A stretch of DNA of 64,000 nucleotides from Malacoraja senta (taxonomy: Eukaryota): contig CM075989.1 of assembly GCA_038087875.1 (NCBI GenBank), positions 2,232,001 through 2,296,000 on the forward strand, given 5' to 3'. Both the position numbers and the translations under genes were made by a program. The number at the start of each line of letters is the position of its first letter. Positions within the stretch are counted from its first letter, which is position 1. The notes beneath the pieces are model-generated. The model made no database searches. It was not told the DNA's origin and was given only the letters and a program-made list of their open reading frames with translations. Below are positions 1-13,772 of the stretch, piece after piece.

Positions 1-560
1 AGCTGTGTGGAATGAGCTTCCAGTGGAAGTGGCGGAGGCAGGTTCATTTTTATCATTTAAAAATAAATTAGATATGTATATGGACGGGAAAGGAATGGAG
101 GGTTATGGTCTGAGTGCAGGTAGATGGGACTAGGTGAGAGTAAGTGTTCGGCATGGACTAGAAGGGCCGAGATGGCCTGTTTCCGTGCTGTAATTGTTAT
201 ATGGTTATATGGACAGGCTAGATGCAGGAAAAAATGTTCCCCATGTTGGTGGAGTCCAGAACCAGGGCGCACAGTTTAAGAATCAGGGGTAGGTCATTTA
301 GGACTGAGATGAAGAAAAACGTTCTCACCCAGAGAGTTGTGAATCTGTGGAATTCTCTGCCGCAGAAGGCAGTGGAGTCCAATTCACTGGATGTATTCAA
401 GAGAGAGTTCGATATAGCTCTTGTGGCTAACGGAATCAAGGGATACGGGGAGAAAGCAGGAGTAGGATACAGATTTTGGATGATCAGCCATGATCATATT
501 GAATGGTGGTGCTGGCTTGAAAGGCTGAATGGCCTACTCTTGCACTTATTTTCTGTTTCT
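1..560 (+). mobile_element. Two tandem CR1 3' ends
   Basis: VWNELPVEV-type end with (gttatatg)n tail to ~212, then a QRVVNLWNSLP-type end with 3' UTR. Confidence 0.8.
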
Positions 561-671
561 TTCTTTCTAATTTCTGAAGGAGGCTATTAGAATTGATGCA
601 TTAAAACAGAGGATCTATTTCTATCCTGTGGATATTTTTTAAACATAAATGTATCAGTACAAGCATGGCGT

Positions 672-1133
672 TATGGAGTAATATAGTTTAAACAGGCCTT
701 TGGCCCAACCTGTCCATGCTGGGCCCATTTGCCAGCATTTGGCCCATATCCCTCTAAACATTTCCTATCCATGTATCTGTCCAAATGTCTTTTAAATGTT
801 GTTGTAGTACCTGCCTCAACTAACTCCTCTGGGAGTTTGTTCCATTTACCCACTGCTCTCTGTGTGAAGACATTTCCCCTCAAGTCTCTTTTAAATCTTT
901 CCCCTCTCACATGAAACCTACGTCTACTATTTCTTGATCCCCCTTCCCTGGGTAAAAGACTCTGTATATTCACCTGAACTATGCCTCTCATAATTCCTCT
1001 CCGTAAAGACACCACTTGGTCTCCTGCACTCCAGGCAATGAAGTCTTAGCCCGCCTCTTAACTTTTCTCCGCAGCTCAGGTATTCAAATCCCAGCCACAT
1101 TTTTGTAAATCTTCATTGCACTCTTTCCCACTT
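672..1133 (-). mobile_element. Old CR1 3' fragment; continues at ~3212-3260 and ~4040-4340 after nested insertions
   Basis: RGNVFTQRAVGKWNKLPEE motif; collinear continuation beyond the L1 TSD. Confidence 0.7.
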
Positions 1134-3196
1134 TTATTTTTTTATTTTTTATTTTATTTATTAGAAGTACATTACATTACAACCAATTACACTAGTACTC
1201 ATCACATATATCTTATTACAATTAATGTACTCCGTTTATTTTCTATACTAATAGAGGGAAAGGATAAAATTGAGAGAAAGAAGAAAGTGAAGGAAAAAAG
1301 TGAAGGTGGAAAAAACGTGGAAAAAAAAAAGAAAGACAAATACCCTATAAGAAAGAAATTAAACACAAAAGGAAAGAGTTAAGAAATAGACCCTAAAAAA
1401 GAAGAAAAAAAGAGAAAGAGGAAAAAGAGAAAAACAGATACTTTTTTGTAAGCATCACGCAAATGGGACATACCAACTCTCCAGTTGCACCCTATACTTG
1501 TAATAATTCTATAAATGCAGACCACGTCAGGTGGAAGTGATCTGGTTTACCTGCCAGGAGGAGTCTTATCTCTTCTAGGTGTAATGTTTCGAACTTATTT
1601 GAAATCCACATGATTATAGTTGGTATTGGAGCGTTTTTCCAGAATTTTAGGATTAACTTTTTTCCAGTTATTAACCCATAGTCTATTAATTTCTTTTGGA
1701 ACACATTTAGTTCAGGACTATCTTCCGTTGTTCCGAAGATAATCCATTCTGCTATTGGTATCAGTTTAGTTTTAAATAATTTTGTAAAGATTTCAAAAAT
1801 TTCAATCCAAAATTTTTGAATTTTTGTACAGAAAACAAATGAGTGCGCTATAGTAGCTTCTTGAGATTGACATTTATCACAAATGGATGATACATTTGGG
1901 AATATTTTATTGATTTTAGTTTTAGAATAATATAATCTATGTAAAATTTTAAATTGTATTAAAGTGTGTCTTACATTAATCGAACATTTATACACGTTTA
2001 ATAAATATTCATTCCACCTTTCCTTTGAAATTTTAATAGCTAATTCTTGTTCCCAGTCTCTTCTAATACCTTCCGTAGATGGTATTTCTACATTTAAAAT
2101 AATATTATACAAATATGATATTAAGTTTGCTGATTCAGCTTTTATCTGCATTGCTTCATCCAGTACATCTGTTGAGGTATTATGATGATCTTTTGTATAT
2201 TTTTTCAAATAGTCACATATTTGAAAATATTTAAAATATTGATTATTTCCGAGTTTATATTTTATTTGTAATTGTTGGAATGATAGTAATTTTCCAGTTT
2301 CGTACAAGTCACCGAACGTTTTAATTCCTAGTCTATCCCATTGTATGAAAGATTTGTCTGTAATAGAGGGATTGAATGAAGGGTTATGAATTATGGGAGA
2401 TAAAAGCGATAAATTTCTTAATTTTAAATTTTGTTTTATTTGTTTCCAAGTTCTGATTGTACTATGTATAATTGGGTTTTTGTTATAATTTATGTTATTC
2501 AGATTCATTGGAGAGAGAAGGATCGCTCCAATGTTTCCAGGTGAGCAGTCCTCTCTCTCCATTACAATCCAGTCCACTTGCTGGGCAGAGTTGTCCATCA
2601 GTTGAATCATATTTTTAATATTTACTGACCAATAGTAATACATGAAGTTAGGGAGTGCTAAGCCCCCTAATACTTTAGCTTTGTTCAAGTGTGTTCTTTG
2701 TATTCTATGTGATTTATAGTCCCATATAAAATTCGTAATGTCCGAATCCAGTTTTTTTTTAAACTTCTTTGGTAGGTATATAGGAATCGATTGAAATAGG
2801 TATAAAATTTGTGGTAAAAAGATCATTTTTATTGCATTTATTCGGCCTATTAAAGACATCGGGAGCGTTTTCCAAAATTTAATTAGTGTATTTAATTTAT
2901 TAAGTAAGGGCTCAAAATTTGCTTTAAACATGCCTTGATATGTTCTAGTGATTTCGATTCCCAAGTATTTAAATTTTTCTGTAGCTATTTTAAAAGGGAA
3001 TTTTAAAAGATGTGTTGAGTCTTTCGGTTTTATTGACATAATTTCACTTTTATTCCAGTTTATTCTATATCCAGAAAAGGATCCAAAATCCTCAATTTAG
3101 TTTAATATATTTGGTATAGTAATTTGAGGTTTTGTAATGTACAGTAATATATCATCCGCGTATAAAGATATTTTATTATTTGAATATTTAGTATTA
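1134..3196 (-). mobile_element. 5'-truncated L1-clade LINE, young, inserted in an older CR1
   Basis: ORF2 C-terminus with YADD (~3150), FKYLGI, GGLALPN and C-x2-C...H-x3-C knuckle; one in-frame stop at 3097-3099; A-rich tail; 15-bp TSD cactctttcccactt at 1119-1133 and 3197-3211. Confidence 0.92.
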
Positions 3197-3344
3197 CACT
3201 CTTTCCCACTTAATGGCATCTTTCCTATAGTGGGGTGACCAAAACTAAACACAATACTGTTAGATAGACGCAAAATGCTGCAGTAACTCAGCGGGACAGG
3301 CAGCATCTCTGGATAGAACGAATGGGTGACGTTTTGGGTCATTC

Positions 3345-3950
3345 TTTGTAGTTGTATAGGGCTCTGGAAAGACCACATCTGGAGTATTGTGTACAGTTTT
3401 GGTCCTATTTTGAGGAAGGACATCCTTGTGATTGAGGCAGTGCAGCGTAGGTTCACGAGATTGATCCCTGGGATGGTGGGACTGTCATATGAGCAAAGAT
3501 TGAAAAGACTAGGCTTGTATTCACTGGCGTTTAGAAGGATGAGGGGAGATCTTATAGAAACATATAAAATTATAAAAGGACTGGACAAGCTAGATGCAGA
3601 AAAAATGTTCCCAATGTTGGCCGAGTCCAGATCATGGGGCCACAGTCTTAGAATAAAGGGGAGGCCATTTAAGACTGAGGTGAGAAAAAACTTTTTCACC
3701 CAGAGAGTTGTGAATTTGTGGAATTCCCTGCCACAGAGGGCAGTGGAGGCCAAATCACTGGATGGATTTAAGAGAGAGTTAGATAGAGCTCTAGGGGCTA
3801 GTGGAATCAAGGGATATGGGGAGAAGGCAGACATGGGTTAATGATTGGGGACGATCAGCCATGATCACAATGAATGGCGGTGCTGGCTCGAAGGGCCGAA
3901 TGGCCTCATGGCCTCCTCCTGCACCTATTTTCTATGTTTCTATGTTTCTA
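3345..3950 (+). mobile_element. CR1 3' fragment nested in a Penelope-derived palindrome
   Basis: ORF 3326-3841 (VQRRFTRLIPG...WNSLP); (ttctatgt)n tail; PLE arms at 3262-3340 and 3951-4037. Confidence 0.85.
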
Positions 3951-6900
3951 TCCAGAGATGCTGCCTGTCCCGCTGAGTTACTCCAGCATTTTGCGTCTAT
4001 CTTCGGTTTAAACCAGCATCTGCAGTTCCTTCCTACAACAATACTGCAAGTGTGGCCTCACCAACATCTTGAACAATTGCAACATAATGTACCGCTTCTT
4101 GTCCTCAGTGCTCTGACAAACGCAGAACAATGTGCTAAACACCGTCTTCACCACCCTATCCACTGTGATGGATGCCACTTTCAAGGTGCTGTGTATTTGT
4201 AGACCTAAGTCCCTCTGCTCTACAACGTGTCCCAGGACCCTGCCGTAAACTGCGAACGTCCTACGCTGTTTTGACTTTCCAAAGTGCAGTATCTCACACT
4301 TTTCTCAATTCTAAGCCATTTGCTATTCCTCAGCTATCAAACAGCTATCATTCAGATTCAGAAAAGACATTCAGATCCATTTAAAAACTGTCAGCAAATA
4401 CAAAATATAGAACACAGAACAGCACATGTATTGCACATGGCCATGCTGAACATAGATGTCAAGTTAAACCAATCTCCTCTGTCGCATGTCATCCATATAC
4501 CTCCATTTCCTGTATATCCTATATAAGCCTATTTGAAAGAAATAATCAAAAAATGAAAAAGTTAAGTTAACTAAAAAGCAAAAAAAATTAAAAACATTCC
4601 ATTCACGCTAAATATTTTCCAAAGTAATTTACTTCCCCTTGCTTCTTAATTGTATGTCCCAGAACTCCACAGTGGGTGGCACAGTGGTAGAGTTGCTTCC
4701 TTACAGCACCAGAAACCCGGATTCCATCCTGACTACGGGTGCTGTCTGTACGGAGTTTGTACGTTCTCCCTGTGACTATGTGGGTTTTCTCCGAGATCTC
4801 CGGTTTCCTCCCACACTCCAAAGGCGTACAGGTTGGTATGTTTATTGGCCTGGTATAATGGTGTGTGTAGGATAGTGCTAGTGTAGCGGGGTGATCACTG
4901 GTCGGCATGGACTCGGTGGGCCGAAGGGCCTGTTTCTGTGCTGTATCTTGATACTAAACTAAACTAAATCACTAGCGTCGGACTCGGTGACAGATCGGAC
5001 CTGACCTAGGGTGTGAGGTGAATCCCTAGTTAAAGCTGAGGGATTCCTGCAACACTCTCTCACACACGGCTCTCAGAATATGTCTGTGATTTGAATTGCT
5101 GAATGCCAGTGTCTCTGAGTGAAATCATCGACAGAATACAGCATGATCTGATTCACGTGATCCTGAATCTTTAAATAAAGCTGCAGGAACCATTCCCCAT
5201 GTACACTGAGAAGGGGAGTGTGATTGAGCACTGGTGCGTGCAGGTGGAAGGGGAACATAACCTTGTCCGTGGGCAGCAGTGGGAGCTGATGGAACCGTCT
5301 GCACTGAATATGAAGTGGGCAAGGCACAGGTCAGCTTTTGTGAACAAAACAAAACCAAGTGCCCCGTCCCACAGCACTGACTTGCATCCGGCAGCAGGAA
5401 TAAAAGACTGCAAGCTGTATTTACCCTCCAACCAGTTTAATCATTCTGCCCAGTTACAAATCTCTGCCTTTCTCCTCATTGTTATGTGGTTCAGAACTTC
5501 ATTGTGATTCATAACCTTCCTTGTCACAGCTTTCTGCTACATCTCGTGGGACACTCTTTAGTTCAGTTTAGAGATATAGTGGGGAAACAGGCCATTCGGC
5601 CCACCGAGTCTGGGCTGGCCAGCGATCCCCGTACCCTAACGGCGGCATGGTGGTGCAGCGTTAGAGCTACTACCTTATAGCACTTGCAGCGCAGGAGACC
5701 CAGGTTCGATCCTGACTACGGGTGCTGTCTGTGCGGAGTTTGTACGTTCTCCCCGTGAGCGCGTGGGTTTGCTCCGAGATCTTCGATTTCCTCCCTCACT
5801 CCAATGACGTACAGGTTTGTAGGTTAATTGGCTTGGTATAAATGTAAATTGTCCCAAGTGAGTGTAGGATAGTGTTAGTGTGTGGCGATTGTTAGTCAGC
5901 GTAGACTCGGTGGGCCGAAGGGCCTGTTTCACCGCTGCATCTCTAAACTAAAAACCGAACTGACACTATCCTCTGCAGTAGGGACTATTTACAATTTACA
6001 TTTTTTACCTGAGCCAATTAACCTGCAAACTTGCATGGCTTTGGAATGTGGGCGAGACCAGAGCACCTGAAAAAAACCCACGCAAGTCACGGGGAGAACG
6101 TACAAACTCCGTACCGACAGCACCCGCAGTCAGGATCGAACCCGGGTCTCTGTGAGGCAGCAACTCTACCGCTGTGCCACCATGCCGCCCACTCTTTATT
6201 GCAGGAGACAGTTCTCCAATAAGGCAACATTCATTCTGCCTCTTGACAACTCCTGTCCACTCAGGAAGATAGATGTTGTTGGTACTTTGCACCCTTAGCG
6301 TCCCAGGGTTGTCACCCACGGGACAAGTAAAATAGAGGAAACTACACCATGAGATGGTACACACCCTGCCGTGTGTTCACATCAATGGACATTATTGATT
6401 TTAGCAGCGACAATGTAACTGGCCAAGAGAACAGGAATCTTTTGCAAACCAGACAATGCATTGTATCGAAGATAGACACAAAATGCTGGAGAAACTCGGG
6501 TCAGGCAGCATCTCTGAAGAAAAAGAATAGATGATGTTTCGGGTCGAGACCCTTCTTCAGACAGAGGGGAGGGGAATTAGAGGCATGAAAAGGCACAGAA
6601 CCAAAATCAAAGCCAGCACCATTGATCCAGGAGAGGTGGAGCCCACAATGGTCCATTGTTGGCTGTGGAGGAGGTGATAACGATGGGATATGAACAGTGA
6701 AACTAGCAGGTTGACAAGGGAGTGGGACGGACGGAGAAAGAGGTAATGCAAGCGTTGCTTGAAATGAGAGATATTTAGGTTTAATAGATGTTTGGTGATC
6801 TGAACTGGAAATGAGTAACAAATCACAGAGAAAGGACATTTTTAATGAAGAGTGTTACAGACTCTGGTCCAATATAAATGCAAAATCAAACAGTCACACT

Positions 6901-9816
6901 GTTGTCCCTTCACACTCTAATGTCCAGCAGAAGAATGCACAGTTCCCCCTTTTTTTAAATAATAACATTACTCAGTTTTTGTTGTAATTAATTCACACCA
7001 TATTTGTTCCTGTCCCAGGAGTTGGGTTTAAATTGTCATTGTTGTTAAACATTTAGTTTGTAACACAAATTAAAATATCCTCCAAGTTTAGTGCCAGGAC
7101 AAAGTGAATTCACCATCTTCAAATATTGTTACTAATCGCAAATTTGTGTAGAAACCAAGAACTGCAGGCGTTGGTTAATACACAAAAGGACACCCAAGGC
7201 TGCCGGAAGGGAGAGTGGACGCTGGCGCGTTTTAGCAGCCGCTGCTCTCTCTTTCATATTGTGTTTTTGATTTTTGTTTTCGGATTGAATTCTGTCTTTA
7301 ATTTTTGTACTGGTGATGTCTTTACTATTTATTTCATTCCGCTTACATGTTTTTACACTATTTGTTAAATTTTGTAAGGTGTCCTTGAGACTCTTGAAAG
7401 GCGCCCATAAATAAAATGTATTATTATTATTATTGTCCTGCTAGTTTCACAGTTTGTATCTCTTCCACAGCCAACATTGGACCATTGTGGGCTCCACCTT
7501 TCGCGGGTCATCGGTGTTGGCTCTGATTTGTTCCGAACCTTTTCATATCTCTCGTTTCCCTGTCCCCTGACTCTCAGTCTGAAGAAAGGTCTCGACTTGA
7601 AACGTCACCTATTTCTTTTCTCCAGAGATGTAGGTCTGGCAGAATTGATGTGTAACTGTTTCCTTGCTCTCACAAGCCCGTGTCTCAGACTGAAGCAACA
7701 ACTACCACCCCCATGGAGCAGAGCCGGCATCCCCATCTGCCTTTGTAGCATGGGCTACAATCAATCACAGTGGCACCCTATGTCCAATCCTAACTCAGTT
7801 CTGCAGTTGCTGATCTACATGTGAATGATTTAATGATCTATTCCCTTCCTTCCCTGCTCCAAAGATTCACCAGGCCAATATTCCAACGCACAGAAGGTCA
7901 ACAAGTTCTTCTTCCCATCATCCTGCATGTGGATGCTCCAGATCTGTCCATGAAGGGAAATGTGTAGGGAGGAACTGCAGATGCTGGTTTACACTGAAGA
8001 TGGAGTAACTCAGCGGGACAGGCAGCATCTCTGGAGAGATGGAATGGGTAATGGTTCGGGTTGCGACCCTTCTTCAGAAAGACGAAGGGAAAAAGCGTCA
8101 CCCATTCCTTCTCAACAGAGATGTTGCCTGACCCGCTGAGTTACTCCAGCATTTTGTGTTTATGAATATAAAAAACGATGTTTTTATATGAACCCATGAC
8201 ATCTCAATCCCCATTTTACACTTAATGGGCTCTCGTTAACAGCAATGGTGTGACCCCCTCACCCTGCTACTCCGTTATTGCTGATTATGCAGCCTTTTTG
8301 TGTTCAAATTCCAAGTTTGCAACATCTCAGATTCCTAAATCTCCGTTAGAGAAAGAATCCTGATGCTGATACCATTTTTGAATATTTCCCTATTTCCTTT
8401 TCTTGCATGGAAGGTTTTCGACAATGTTCTGTAATTTCTTCATCTTCTGTTACCTGGATTGCTTCCTTGTTGCGATCTTGTCCAGTTCTGCTGCATGCCC
8501 AGCAATTAGCTCTCGTTGAGCTCCAGTACCCACTTCGCTTGTTTCTGTTTCAACCTCTTTACTCCCGAATGTCTTTGAAGACCCAACTTGACAATCGATC
8601 CCATCCAGTCAAGACTTTGTTCCATGTCTTCAGCTTCTCAAACTTCATTCCAGACTTCAGCCTTCCATCAAATAATGCAAAGGCACAGTACAAAGAAGGG
8701 ACCCTAATCAAAATGTCATCTGTACATCGTCCTCCACAGATGCTGCCTGACTCACCAAGTATTCCAGCACTTTTTTATTGCTAAATGCACAACTGCCAGG
8801 CATCCAATCTCTGGCAAATGCTGTTGGTTCCTGCACACACACACACACTAGGGACAATTTACAAAATGTACCAAAGCCAATTAACCTACAAGCCTGTACG
8901 TCATTGGAGTGTGGGAGGAAACCGGAGCACCCGGAGAAAACCCACGCAGGTCATGGGGAGAACGTACAAACTCCGTACAGACAGCACCCATAGTCAGGAT
9001 TGAACCTGGGTCTCTGGCGCTGTGAGGCAGCAACTCTACTGCTGCACCACTGTGACGCCCTCTTAAAGGCGGTGTGTACAAACTGCCAATGACCCACACT
9101 GACTGGGCATTGCTTGTTCATTGAGCTGAATGTTTGCCCTGACAATGAAGCTGGGTTTTCCACCAAGACTGCCGCTGTTTGGTCTTGAGGCCTGTGCCTG
9201 GTGAAGTGGGTCCCACCACAGCACCGAGTGCGTTGCTCAGGACCCGCACAGCCCCGTTTGCCTGCTCTACTCATGCCGGTGTCAAACCCAGAACTTTACC
9301 AATGAGAGTTCACTAGCCTGAACAAAGGGTCGCACGGTAGCGCAGCAGTAGAGTTAATGCCTTTACAGCGCCAGAGACCTGGGTTCGATCCTGACTACGG
9401 GTGCTGTCTGTACGGAGTTTGTACGTTCTCCCCGATACCAGGGTGGGTTTTCTCCGAGAACTTTGGTTTCACACTTCAGGATCACACAGACCAGACTGCC
9501 CACCATTGACTCCATCTACACTCCACGCTGCCTCGGAAAAGGGCAACCATAATCAAAGACTTATCCCAACCCGGTCATTCCTTCTTCTCCCTGCCCCCGT
9601 CGGGCAAAAGAAACGGAAGTCTGAAAGCGCGCACCACCAGCCTCAGGAACAGCCTCTTACCCTCTGTTATCAGGCTTCTGAACAGTCCTTCCATAAGCTA
9701 GTGTACTGTCCGATTCACCTCTACCCCTTGTAGACATTGGACTATGTGCATGGAACTGATGTGCTACAATGCTGAGAATAATATTCTGCACTCGGCATCT
9801 TCTCATTATTCTACCC

Positions 9817-11708
9817 CGTGTGTGGACGTGGTGTCGAAGGACGAGAAGCCGAAGCAAAGAAGTGGAAGCCAAATAACTGTAAGCGTACGAAGATGAAATG
9901 CCAACTAACCAAAAGGGTGGGACTCCTAAATGCAAACTAACCAAAAGGGTGGGACTCCCAAATGCAAACTAACCAAAAGGCTACTCTGCCGAAATGCCAT
10001 CTAACTGAAAGGCTGCGTCGCCTACAAGCCAACTCACAGAATGGCCGCTCAGCCGATAAGTCAAATAACGGACATGACGTCGCCGGGGGGGGCTGGACTT
10101 GTCAGCGATTGGTCCAGACCCCCACGTCCATCACATCATTGGCCGGTGGAGACGGGAGGGTGGGGATCATTTTCCCACACAAGCCATAGGTGACTGGGCA
10201 CTCTGAACCCGAGCACCAAGTTATAAGCAGTCCATGTGAAAGGACAGCACCTACCAACAATGAAGGCACTATGAAACCAGCTGCCTGCCGCAAGCCCTTC
10301 CCACAGGATGGCGTTTTAACAGCATTAAAAATCAAAAAAGAGTTACATTGATTTAAAAACCAAAATGTTCCATGTATCAATAGTTCTTACATTCGGGAAC
10401 CTGGTTAATTAAGTGGTGGGATTATTGCCCTGTCCTAACTATGCATTTGCTTTAGCCGGTGGTAACATCCATTCCATCCCTCCCTCACAAAGATGTGAGA
10501 TTTCATTAAGAGCACACTTGGATAAATAGATGCAAACGGCATGTAAAGCGTCTCTTCCATGCGCGCAATACATGAAGCCGATGAAATGAGACAACTGTCA
10601 CACCAAAGATAGACACAAAATACTGGAGAGTCTCAGTGGGACAGGCAGCATCTCGGGAGAGAAGGAATGGGTGGCGTTTCTGGTCGAGACCATTCAGACT
10701 CAGTCTTCAGGACTGAAGAATAGTCTTGACCCGAAACATCACCCATTCCTTCTGTCCAGAGATGCTGCCTGTTCCGCTGAGTTACTCCATCTTCGGTTAA
10801 AACAGTTTACAGATTATCTGGTGTTTTGTGCCTGGGAGCTTGTTGTGTGCGTTACGCAGGCAACCAGACGGTAATAGATAAATCGTTCTTCTTGTTGTCC
10901 GGGGGGGGGGGGGGAGTGGGAGGAGCTAAAATTGTTCATAGTCATGCACACTTGTCATCGGCCCGCCAGGGAATTTGTGTCCCCTCCCCCATGTTTTAAA
11001 AGCGATTTACAATGGCTGCCAATGCCCTGAGCCTTCTGTCCCCACGGCCGGGGTGGGTGTGAATCTGGATGGGGGGAGGGACCAGCCTGTCCCACACCTC
11101 TGCTCCACCCGGCACTGCCAACACACAGCCCATCACAGTGCGGCCACACGGGGGAGACGAGGCGGGGGGCGGCCGTCGCCGTGGGAGAGTGGGGGCTGTC
11201 CCGAGGGATGCGCTCCTTCGGCTGCTTACAACTTGGTGCTCGGGTTCAGAGTGCCCAGTCACCTATGGCTTGTGTGGGAAAATGACCCCCACCCTCCCGT
11301 CTCCATCGGCCAGTGATGTGATGGACGTGGGGGTCTGGACCAATCGCTGACAAGTCCCACCCCCCCCCCCCCCCCACGGTGATGTCATGTCCGTTATTTG
11401 ACTTTTCGACAGAGCAGCCATTCAGATAGTTGGCTTGTAGGCAACGCAGCCTTTCGGTGAGTCGGCGTTTTGGCAGAGCGGCCTTTCGGTGAGTTTGTTT
11501 TTAGGTGACGCAGCCTTTCGGTTAGTTGGCTAAAGGCAACCCTCCCTTTCGGTTAGTTTGCATTTAGGCGTCCCTCCCTTTCGGTTAGTTGGCGTTTCGG
11601 CTTCGTGCGCTTTCGGTTATTTGGCGTTTCAGCTTCTTTTCCGTTCGGTTATTTGGCTTCCACTTCTTTTCTTCGGCTTCCCGTCCTTCGACTCCACGTC
11701 CGGGTGCC
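9817..11708. mobile_element. Foldback, MULE-like non-autonomous DNA transposon
   Basis: ~400-480-bp inverted arms (9824-10230 / 11222-11701) with internal tandem subrepeats; 9-bp TSD attctaccc / attccaccc; interrupts a Rex/Babar-like 3' UTR. Confidence 0.75.
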
Positions 11709-12769
11709 ATTCCACCCATTGTATTTGAGTTTCGGTTTCTTGTATTTATGTGTAATATTATTGGATCTATTTGGATAGCTTGCAGAACTAAGCTTTTCAC
11801 TGCACCTCTACATAGCTGCAATCCTGACGCTAGTTCTCTCTGTACACCTGTGGGAAATGTCACTCGACTTTGGATAACTTGCCAACAGCAACCAAAATAA
11901 CACTTTGGAAAACCCAGCAATTATGTTATCTTCCAGAAGAGAAAGTAATTCCAATAATCCAGAGAATGCCAATTACCACAAGCTCCTAATCTAATTCTCA
12001 TCCCATAATTTTCCATTTGCCTCCTTGGGCTGAGATACTACTGTGCCGGGATTGGAAAGGCTCCTCACAGTCCGGGCCAGCAATGAGACTCAGAGTTACA
12101 CAATTCCTCGTGTCCACAGTCCCATCACGACATCACAAAGCAATTTAGATTTAACTCGCCAAAACAGCAGTGAGTACAACATGGAACACAAGGCAGATAT
12201 ATTCCAGAGCCTGAAAATGGCACCTTGTGTATATTTTCAATTTTTGTATCAATTAATCAAGAATATTAATGTACCGCAGGTAGAACATTAAATAATGCAA
12301 TGCTCAGCCTGGAGACTTCTTCAAGAGCAGTATGGGTCCCGGAGGTGGGTACTCTGCTGTCCTGCCACGTTCAGCTGTGAATGGTGATGGACAATTAAAC
12401 AGCTAATGAGAGATGAGCTTCCAAGAACAGTCACATTCAAACAGCGGCAGAGCCCAGCGCGGGAGTGCCAAGACAATGTTGAAACTATCTCCAGCCAGGA
12501 GGTAATGAAATGGATGATCCACCTGAAGTCCCCACCATCGCAGAAGCTCGTCTTCTGCCAATTCCAGGAGCTTGAAGTGTTACGAACGGCTGAGAGCGCT
12601 GGATCTAACTAGAGTAAAGGGCCCAGACAATGTCTTGGCTGTCATGCTGAAGACCTGGCTCCAGGAGAAGTGGCACCTTCAGCCAAGGAGCTCCAGTGCA
12701 CCTGTAACACTAGCTCCAACCCAACAGTGTGGCAAATATTGATTTGATTAGAATGGAGGTTTAGTTTAG

Positions 12770-12936
12770 ATAGACACAAAATGCTGGAGTAACTCAGCGG
12801 GACAGGCAGCATCTCTGGAGAGAAGGTTGAAGGAATCAACCCATTCCTACTCTCCAGAGAAGCTGCCTGTCCCGCTGAGTTACTCCAGCATTTTGTGTCT
12901 ATCTTCGGTTTAAACCAGCATCTGCAGTTCCTTCCT
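12770..12936. mobile_element. Short Penelope-derived palindromic insertion
   Basis: Inverted arms (gatagacacaaaatgctggagtaactcagcggg...); 17-bp TSD atggaggtttagtttag at 12753-12769 and 12937-12953. Confidence 0.8.
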
Positions 12937-13434
12937 ATGGAGGTTTAGTTTAGCTTAGTTTAGAGGTACAGTGGGAAAACAGGCCCTTCGGCCCACCGAG
13001 TCCGTACCAACCAGTGATCCCCACACACTAGCACCATCCAACACACATGAAGGACAATTTACAATTTTACTGAAGCCAATTAACCAACAAACCTGTACGT
13101 CTTTGGAGTGTGTGTGGAAACCGGAACACCCGGAGAAAACCCACATGGTCACGGGGAGATCGTGCAAACTCCGTACAGACAGCACCCGTAGTCAGGATCG
13201 AACCCGGGTCGCTGGTGATGTAAGGCAGCAACATTACTGCTGCACCGCCATGCGCCAAAGGCCAGAGCATGAAGTAGGAATCCAGCTAATTACAGCCCAA
13301 CCAGTCTCTCACACATCCGCAAAAGAATGGAAATGGCCGCTGATGTTTCCATGGAGTGTCACTTATTTATTGGAAACAACACTGAGGTTCAGATCTTTTT
13401 ATTCCCTCAAACTTCACAAGTTTACAATTGATAG

Positions 13435-13772
13435 TAGCAGAATTTGGCCATTCGGCCCATCAAGTCTACTCTGCCATCATGGCTGATCTATCTCTCCCTC
13501 CTAACCCCATTCTCCTGCCTTCTCCTCATAATCCCCGACACCATACTAATCAAGAATCTATCTATCTCTGCCTTAAAAATATCCCTAGACAGCCTCCACA
13601 GCTGTCTGTGGCAATGAATTCCACAGATTCACCACCCTCTGACTAAAGAAATTCCTCCTCATCTCCTTTCTAAAGGAACATCCTTTAATTCGGATGCTGT
13701 GGCCTCTGGTCCTAGAATTTTCCACTAGTGGAAACATCCTCTCCACATCCTCTGTACCCACGCCTTTCATTA
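13435..13772 (-). mobile_element. CR1 3' fragment
   Basis: RNFFSQRVVNLWNSLP on the minus strand. Confidence 0.75.

Noticed and set aside
5073..5507. Overlapping short ORFs in unique sequence (also 6005-6364, 19233-19421, 42671-42993, 47578-47895)
   Set aside because: No recognisable domain, no Trk similarity and no convincing paired splice sites.
5640..5720. tRNA-like A/B box sequence
   Set aside because: Head of a SINE with no complete cloverleaf; not a tRNA gene.
9900..9985. Spaced short repeats resembling a CRISPR array
   Set aside because: No unique spacers or cas genes; they are subrepeats of the foldback element arm in a vertebrate genome.
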